Shown here in pieces: positions 58,876-64,000 of a stretch of DNA of 64,000 nucleotides. Numbering within the stretch: the first letter of the stretch is position 1; each line of letters starts with the position of its first letter. The translations under genes were made by a program, and so were the position numbers. The notes beneath the pieces are model-generated. The model saw nothing but the letters and a program-made list of their open reading frames with translations. It had not been told where the DNA came from and ran no database searches. The DNA comes from Candidatus Krumholzibacteriota bacterium (GTDB lineage Bacteria; Krumholzibacteriota; Krumholzibacteriia; LZORAL124-64-63), in assembly GCA_039714075.1 (NCBI GenBank), contig JBDLKA010000007.1, forward strand, positions 828 through 64,827, in the 5' to 3' direction.

Positions 58876-59580
58876 TCAATTCAACAGGACCGCGATCCTG
58901 CTGATGTAAATCGTTGTCGTGGCCTCGAAAGCGGAATCGGTGCCCACGATAAGCCACAACTTCCCCAGGGCGTCTGCCTGGACCCGGAAAGGGGTCTGGT
59001 TGGCCACCGTCTTCAGGGTGTAGACGCTCTGGTCCGTATCATTGGAAAAATCCCCGATGACGATCATGTCGTCCCCATCCTGGGACTGCATGCCCTTGTC
59101 GATATTCATCCGTAGATAACCGTCATAGGAATCCAGTTCCTTGACCGGTTCCACCACCGTTGCACCAACCTTGACGGCCACCCCTTCACCGGGACTGCCG
59201 CCCACCCCCACGGTGCCGTCGGCCACGTTGGAAGCGAATTCAACATTGAAGGTCAAATCATAGACGGCGTCGGGCTTCAGGCCCGACACCTGTTTTTTCA
59301 CGAACATGAACAGGTCGTCGCTGTGGTTGTTGCCCGAAAGCATCAGGGAGCCCCGGGCCTCATCGAGGGGAGCGGGAAGATTCGCGTAGGAAAAAATCAA
59401 TTCATAAAAATCCTCCGCCCCCGCGGGATAGTCGGCAAAGTCACCGACCCAACCCTCGGCGTCATCCGCAAACCCGAAGATGATTTCCCTGGGCTGCGCG
59501 GGCGCCTCGTTGCCGTCATCCGAGCAGCCGCCAACGCTCAGCATAATGATGGTGAAGCATAAAACGGTTCTGAATTCCAT
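58876..59580 (-). CDS. Hypothetical lipoprotein
   Basis: Lipobox 'IMLSVGGCSDD'. Confidence 0.55.
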   Translation of the reverse strand: MEFRTVLCFTIIMLSVGGCSDDGNEAPAQPREIIFGFADDAEGWVGDFADYPAGAEDFYELIFSYANLPAPLDEARGSLMLSGNNHSDDLFMFVKKQVSGLKPDAVYDLTFNVEFASNVADGTVGVGGSPGEGVAVKVGATVVEPVKELDSYDGYLRMNIDKGMQSQDGDDMIVIGDFSNDTDQSVYTLKTVANQTPFRVQADALGKLWLIVGTDSAFEATTTIYISRIAVLLN

Positions 59581-59607
59581 TGGCCTCCCACTCCTTCTTC
59601 ATGGAGT

Positions 59608-61866
59608 TCATCTGGTCCCGGGCCGGGAAGCTCCCCGCGGTGGCCCGGCAGCAGCGGTCCTGCGGAGCATCTCCTCGGTCATGGATTCGGGAAAGAGGCA
59701 AATCGACAGGACGGAAACCCCCAGCTGCCGCTTGTCTCCACCGACGCCAAGAGCCTCGGGTATCGTCGCATCAGGCAACACCAGTGTAATGAGAGTCTCG
59801 TTGGTTTGCACCAACTCCCCCGGTATGGTCAGCTTATAGAGCTTCGTTTGCGGTTCGGTCACGTCGAGGGTGATCAGATTCGCGTCATTGACCAGGATCC
59901 CCACGCGCTGCCGGTCCAGTTTTCCCGGCACCAGGAAGGGGTGCATCGCGAACAGGAAAACAACATCCTCGCCGGGTGCCTGGACCTGGAATTTCAGATG
60001 AGCCCGACTTCCGTCCGTCCACGTGCCATTGGATGAGGGCGCCGCCCAGCCCTGCCCGGTGAAGGGATCCGCGTTGCCCTCCATGCCGAACTCCACCATA
60101 TCTCCCCAGGTGTAGTCGGCGGCGTCCTGAACCACATTCACCATACTCCGTTCACGCCAGTTGGCCGGGTCGAAAACCGATCCCTGGACCACGAATCGCC
60201 GCAGAATCGGGTTTTCCCGGTTTCGGCTCAGGTACTGGAAAAACCCCCTTGTCCGATCCTCCCCCTCGGACAGTTCAAGAAGTGAAAAACCCGGGAAGTC
60301 GTTATCGATACCGAGCATGTCCGCGACCGTCGCAGGCAGATCCGCAATGGATGAAGGGACAGGTGAGATTTCCAGGGGTCCGGCCGCCGAGGGTGCCTTG
60401 ATGGCCAGCAATGTCGGCGCACGCCCTGCCGGCAGTTCCACCGCCTTCCCATCTATCACGGGCGGGAAATCATTGCCGTGGTCGCCCTGGAGAATGATCA
60501 GGGCGTCATCATAGACACCCGACGCCTTGAGTTTCCGGAGTAGATCCATGAAGACCCGCAAACAATAGCGGGCTTCGTGTTTGTAGTTTTCCCTGGTCAA
60601 CGGCAGGGGATCATCGGATGGGCTTCCATCGGCCTTGATGCCGTAGGGAGGATGCGGCGACATGATATGCATGAAATTGTACGTTGGTTCCTCGAGAACC
60701 GGATCAATCCTGGAGATGTAATCACTCAAAAACGCCCTCTGGTGGATGGAACGATGGGCCGGAGGGGTGGAGATCAGGCCGCTGATGCGCCATTGTCCGC
60801 TGTTATGAATCCACTTCTTGGCGAAATGGGGAAGCTGCCGGAACAAACCCGCATCCAGCAATTGCCCGACTGCCTGACGCTGTCGGAAACCCCGGCTGCC
60901 GCCGAAGGTGTTCGGCACCCGGAAGTAATTGCTGTATTTGCCTTTATCCATACCCAGACGAGGCAGCAAATTAATCCGATAACCCGCATCGTACAAAAGG
61001 TTCTGAAAACCCAGTTCGTTGATGCAGCGTCCAAAGTAGGTGGTCGGACTCTCGTTACCGTCGAAGATCTCGCCCGAAAAAATCGCGGGAATGGCGAACG
61101 ACGTGTGGGCCGCGACACCCAGGTTGTCCTGGTAGATAACGAAACCGTCAAGCTTGTCGTGGAGGTTTTCCTCGTCCACCAATTCCACGAAGGCGTCGGT
61201 CTGGAAAGCATCCAGCAGCAGGTGAACCACATTCCGGTTTTTTGAGTACTGGTAGATTTCCGCCGGCGGCATATCGGCGAAACTTCCCTCCCGGTGCCAG
61301 AATCCCTCTTCGCTCCCGAAGGAGGTGACCAGCAGGAATCCACACTGCAACCCGACCAGGGCCAGACAGATATTTCGGGCATGGCGGAACCACATTCCCG
61401 GGCGGATCATGGCCAAGGCCAAAGCACCTGCCCACAGCGCAAGTTCCAACCAGCCCTTGGGCTGATGATCGGCCCACGGCACCTCGCCCCCGTCGAAAAC
61501 GCCGTAGTCCCAGACCAGGAGGTTCCCCTGCAGATACAGCAGCAGCCCGAGAACGGTGAGAAAGGAGATGGTTCGGGAATGGGCCCGGCTCGGCAACAGC
61601 ACCGGGAGAAGCCAGAAAGCAGCGATCAAGACCATGGTGGCCAAAAGAAAGAACGGCAACAGGTCCAGCAGACCGTGATCAAACTCGGCTTGATTGCCGT
61701 GGTACACGTTCCAGCTGGAGATCAGTCCGATTTGAAGACCCAGCAACAGGGCCGGGAAAAACAAACCCGCCAAGCGGGCCTTCAATTCCAATGGCCCTGC
61801 CGGTGGAGCCGGGGAACCCGAATTGACTGATCGCGCCCCCTTCTGCCTGTCCCGTTTCTTCACCAT
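59608..61866 (-). CDS. Membrane-anchored sulfatase-like (alkaline-phosphatase superfamily) transferase, LtaS/phosphoglycerol- or phosphoethanolamine-transferase-like
   Basis: 5 N-terminal TM helices followed by an extracytoplasmic domain with 'NVVHLLLDAFQTD' and '...ILQGDHG' metal-site blocks typical of the LtaS/MdoB/EptA fold. No C/S-x-P-x-R formylglycine motif. Confidence 0.7.
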   Translation of the reverse strand: MVKKRDRQKGARSVNSGSPAPPAGPLELKARLAGLFFPALLLGLQIGLISSWNVYHGNQAEFDHGLLDLLPFFLLATMVLIAAFWLLPVLLPSRAHSRTISFLTVLGLLLYLQGNLLVWDYGVFDGGEVPWADHQPKGWLELALWAGALALAMIRPGMWFRHARNICLALVGLQCGFLLVTSFGSEEGFWHREGSFADMPPAEIYQYSKNRNVVHLLLDAFQTDAFVELVDEENLHDKLDGFVIYQDNLGVAAHTSFAIPAIFSGEIFDGNESPTTYFGRCINELGFQNLLYDAGYRINLLPRLGMDKGKYSNYFRVPNTFGGSRGFRQRQAVGQLLDAGLFRQLPHFAKKWIHNSGQWRISGLISTPPAHRSIHQRAFLSDYISRIDPVLEEPTYNFMHIMSPHPPYGIKADGSPSDDPLPLTRENYKHEARYCLRVFMDLLRKLKASGVYDDALIILQGDHGNDFPPVIDGKAVELPAGRAPTLLAIKAPSAAGPLEISPVPSSIADLPATVADMLGIDNDFPGFSLLELSEGEDRTRGFFQYLSRNRENPILRRFVVQGSVFDPANWRERSMVNVVQDAADYTWGDMVEFGMEGNADPFTGQGWAAPSSNGTWTDGSRAHLKFQVQAPGEDVVFLFAMHPFLVPGKLDRQRVGILVNDANLITLDVTEPQTKLYKLTIPGELVQTNETLITLVLPDATIPEALGVGGDKRQLGVSVLSICLFPESMTEEMLRRTAAAGPPRGASRPGTR

Positions 61867-62084
61867 CTATTCAAGATCCTCACACTGTTGCTGTGTAAAA
61901 AAGCGCCCTGTCCGGGGATGATGGGACTAATACCGATTCTTCATGCACTTCCTAGGTAGTAATCGAATCCAGGGAAGGAATCAATACAAAGCGGAACACG
62001 TGGGTTGAATTGGTGGCGCGGAAAACCTAGGTTTGGCGCGGATGAGAACCAAGGGGATGATTTACCAACCACGGAGAAATGCTG

Positions 62085-62687
62085 ATGAACTATCCGAAGT
62101 TCTACGACACGATCGAGACCATCAAACTTCAGGACAACCTGTCCGCGTTCCTGGGTTCACTCGAGGGTGGCCTGGTCGAGTTCAGCTACCTCGACGTGGT
62201 CAAGGCGGCGGGCCACAGCTGCCCGACCGTGGCCGGCGCCTACCTGATGACCCTGGCCGGATTGAAGGCCCTGTACAAGGACGAAACGCCCATCCGGGGC
62301 GAAATCCTCGTGTCCTTCAAGGAAACCGCGGCCGAAGGCGTGGCCGGTGTGATCGGTAACGTCATCACCCAGATCACCGGGGCCACGACCACCTCCGGAT
62401 TCAAGGGCATCGGCGGCAACTTCGCCCGCCATGGGTTGATGGAATTCGAGGCCGACATCAATGCGGGTGTGCGGTTCAAACGACTCGACACCGGAGCCAC
62501 GGTGGATGTGACCTATGACCCCGGCGGCATCCCGGGCCACCCCCGCCAGCAGGAGATCATGCAGCGGTTGATGCAGGGTGTGGCAACCCCCGAGGACAAG
62601 GCCGGGTTCGGAACGATGTGGCAGCAAAGGGTCGAAGCTATCTTCAGCGACATCGACAAGGTCATCACCGTCGCGGAAAATGAATGA
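62085..62687 (+). CDS. Hypothetical protein, possibly FmdE-like (G-H-x-C-P motif)
   Basis: 'VKAAGHSCPTVAGAYLMTLAG' resembles the FwdE/FmdE-family 'GHxCPG' block. Weak. Confidence 0.4.
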   Translation: MNYPKFYDTIETIKLQDNLSAFLGSLEGGLVEFSYLDVVKAAGHSCPTVAGAYLMTLAGLKALYKDETPIRGEILVSFKETAAEGVAGVIGNVITQITGATTTSGFKGIGGNFARHGLMEFEADINAGVRFKRLDTGATVDVTYDPGGIPGHPRQQEIMQRLMQGVATPEDKAGFGTMWQQRVEAIFSDIDKVITVAENE

Positions 62688-62723
62688 CCTCGAATCCTGA
62701 GGCTTCAGCGGGTTGGTTGCGCG

Positions 62724-63350
62724 CTACCGGTAGATGGATTTGAGTGAGCCCCAGCTTGCCTTCGTGGCCGGCACCTGATCCCCGTTGACCACGAAAACCG
62801 GATTATCGAACGATCCGCTCGCCGGATACATGGGCAGTATCCAGCCGGTCTGCAGAATATCCCGGTACCAGAAGTCCATTTCGCCTTCGATCACATCCAC
62901 CTCCGGAGCCCTGAGGCGGATTTCGGCCTGTCCCGACCCCAGATAGCGCAGGTCGAAGGACGTCAAGGTGATGAACCGGTCTCCCCCCACGGGCTTCAGG
63001 AACCCGAAACAGTTGCGATACTCGGTGCAGACTCCGGTGCAATCCGGGCGAATGGGTTTGGCGGCCTTGGCAACGAGCTCCAGATTCGTGGTCAGATCGA
63101 GGGCAAAGGAGTAGCAGCCGACATTCTGGACCAGACTGTTGGCCTGATCTTCCATGTGGGGATTCTGGGGATTGTCCAATACGACGTACACCGTCAGGAG
63201 GTCTCCCGCCTCGGCGTTGACGGTTGTCGCGCTCATCCGCTCGTCCGAGTACACGCCCACAGCGTTCAGTTCCTGCGCCAGCAACCCGTCACCATTCGCT
63301 GCGCCCAGCACGCCGATCAGGATCAGATTCAAGGCAATCATCAGTCGCAT
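62724..63350 (-). CDS. Secreted Cys-rich protein, family member 3 with conserved C-terminal '...SWGSLKSIYR' tail
   Basis: Start at 'MRLMIALNLILIGVLGAANG' (SD GGGGGA). Cys motif 'PDCTGVCTEYRNC'. Ends 'KASWGSLKSIYR*'. Confidence 0.7.
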   Translation of the reverse strand: MRLMIALNLILIGVLGAANGDGLLAQELNAVGVYSDERMSATTVNAEAGDLLTVYVVLDNPQNPHMEDQANSLVQNVGCYSFALDLTTNLELVAKAAKPIRPDCTGVCTEYRNCFGFLKPVGGDRFITLTSFDLRYLGSGQAEIRLRAPEVDVIEGEMDFWYRDILQTGWILPMYPASGSFDNPVFVVNGDQVPATKASWGSLKSIYR

Positions 63351-63689
63351 GACATCCCCCCGTGTCAAAGCTGGGGACAAATCCAGGTTGGTTTCGTCCT
63401 GTTTTACCAGACTAAATGAAAACGGGAATTCCGGCAACGTTGCGGGCCACCATGGAAGGATTCATGTACCGTGGAAAGAGAAGCCAGGATCCCCATCATG
63501 AATGACACTCGCCCAGAATCATCCAGTCCGAAAACCCTGGCTAAAACCGGATGGTGACAACCTGGGCGCAATCAATTCCAATTCCCCCACCGGCACGATA
63601 AATTACCTGCGATGTCCTGGAATAATCTGCTGCCTACTCACCCTTGGGATGTCATTAATAATGAATGAAAATGCGCTCATTGGCAATGA

Positions 63690-63727
63690 TTGCAATTTAA
63701 CTGGTTTTTGCCTATAATACTAGGCAA
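63690..63727 (+). promoter_or_regulatory. Near-consensus sigma-70-type promoter (-35 TTGCAA, 17-bp spacer, -10 TATAAT) overlapped by a 20-bp palindrome TTGCCTA-taatac-TAGGCAA
   Basis: Read directly: TTGCAA 63690-63695, TATAAT 63713-63718, palindrome 63708-63727. Lies in a ~38% GC island upstream of an RBS and GTG at 63805. Confidence 0.45.
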
Positions 63728-63804
63728 TGAAAAGAAGGGGATTTTTGCCCCAATTTTCAATTATCTTGTTTGCATGCAAAATGTTAGTTGCCGGAGGATC
63801 AATT

Positions 63805-64000
63805 GTGGAAACAAATAGGAACCCTTACCACTTTCTGGACAACCTGGAGGTGGGGATAACCATCACAACCTGGCATCCTGAAGACACGTCCCTGACGGAT
63901 TGGATCTTCGTCAACGAAAAGCGCTGCCGGCTGACGGGACATACGCGGGAAGAACTTTTCAAGCAGCCGCCGGTCGGTCAATTGACCCGTGAATCCAAGG
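63805..64000 (+). CDS. 5' end of a sensor-like gene (PAS-like N-terminus). Continues past the window end.
   Basis: GGAGG 7 nt upstream of GTG. Translation 'VETNRNPYHFLDNLEVGITITTWHPEDTSLTDWIFVNEKRCRLTGHTREELF'. Confidence 0.35.
   Translation, partial: METNRNPYHFLDNLEVGITITTWHPEDTSLTDWIFVNEKRCRLTGHTREELFKQPPVGQLTRESK

Noticed and set aside
63681-63696. Possible sigma-54 promoter (TGGCAA...TTGCA)
   Set aside because: The spacing between the GG and GC elements is 3 nt instead of the required ~5 (TGGCAC-N5-TTGC). The sigma-70 reading fits much better.

Overview
High-GC (~60-65%) bacterial chromosomal segment, densely coded on both strands. No rRNA, tRNA, CRISPR array, transposase or integrase was recognised. 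Two proteins carry unmistakable T9SS type-A C-terminal sorting domains ('NPFNPsT...GxYFxR...K'), so the source is probably an uncultivated FCB-superphylum bacterium (Gemmatimonadota/Latescibacterota-like); this is inference.

Recognisable content:
- hutU 3' end, thyX, malQ plus an MFS transporter.
- A peptidoglycan-recycling pair: a MurU/AmgK-like fusion and DUF1343/NamZ.
- GT4/GT9/TPR envelope genes, an MqnA/D-family gene, and a CPBP protease.
- Two NAD-epimerases with a PAP2 and an alpha/beta-hydrolase.
- Two tandem POT peptide transporters, HDOD, a sirtuin, and two ECF sigma/anti-sigma modules.
- A B12-radical-SAM/FemAB-like/flippase cluster, a VIT-vWA plus vWA pair, and an LtaS-like transferase.

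Most notable:
1. An ArsC/Spx-family gene whose catalytic Cys codon is an in-frame TGA, with a hairpin ~20 nt downstream. This is a probable selenoprotein that the ORF track truncates.
2. Three paralogous secreted Cys-rich proteins sharing a non-hydrophobic C-terminal decapeptide '[ST]WG[SA][LI]K[SG][LI][YF][RH]-COOH', distinct from the T9SS CTDs. A fourth orphan copy of just that C-terminal module sits behind a textbook terminator.
3. A co-directional array of STAS antagonist, ECF sigma, anti-sigma, repeat protein, a 996-aa HExxH-metalloprotease/beta-propeller/beta-barrel fusion, and a PrsW intramembrane protease.
4. An ECF sigma / zinc anti-sigma pair divergent from an exported TPR-CHAT (caspase-like) protein.

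Many long +/- ORFs in the track are antisense shadows of real genes (high-GC artefacts) and were not called.
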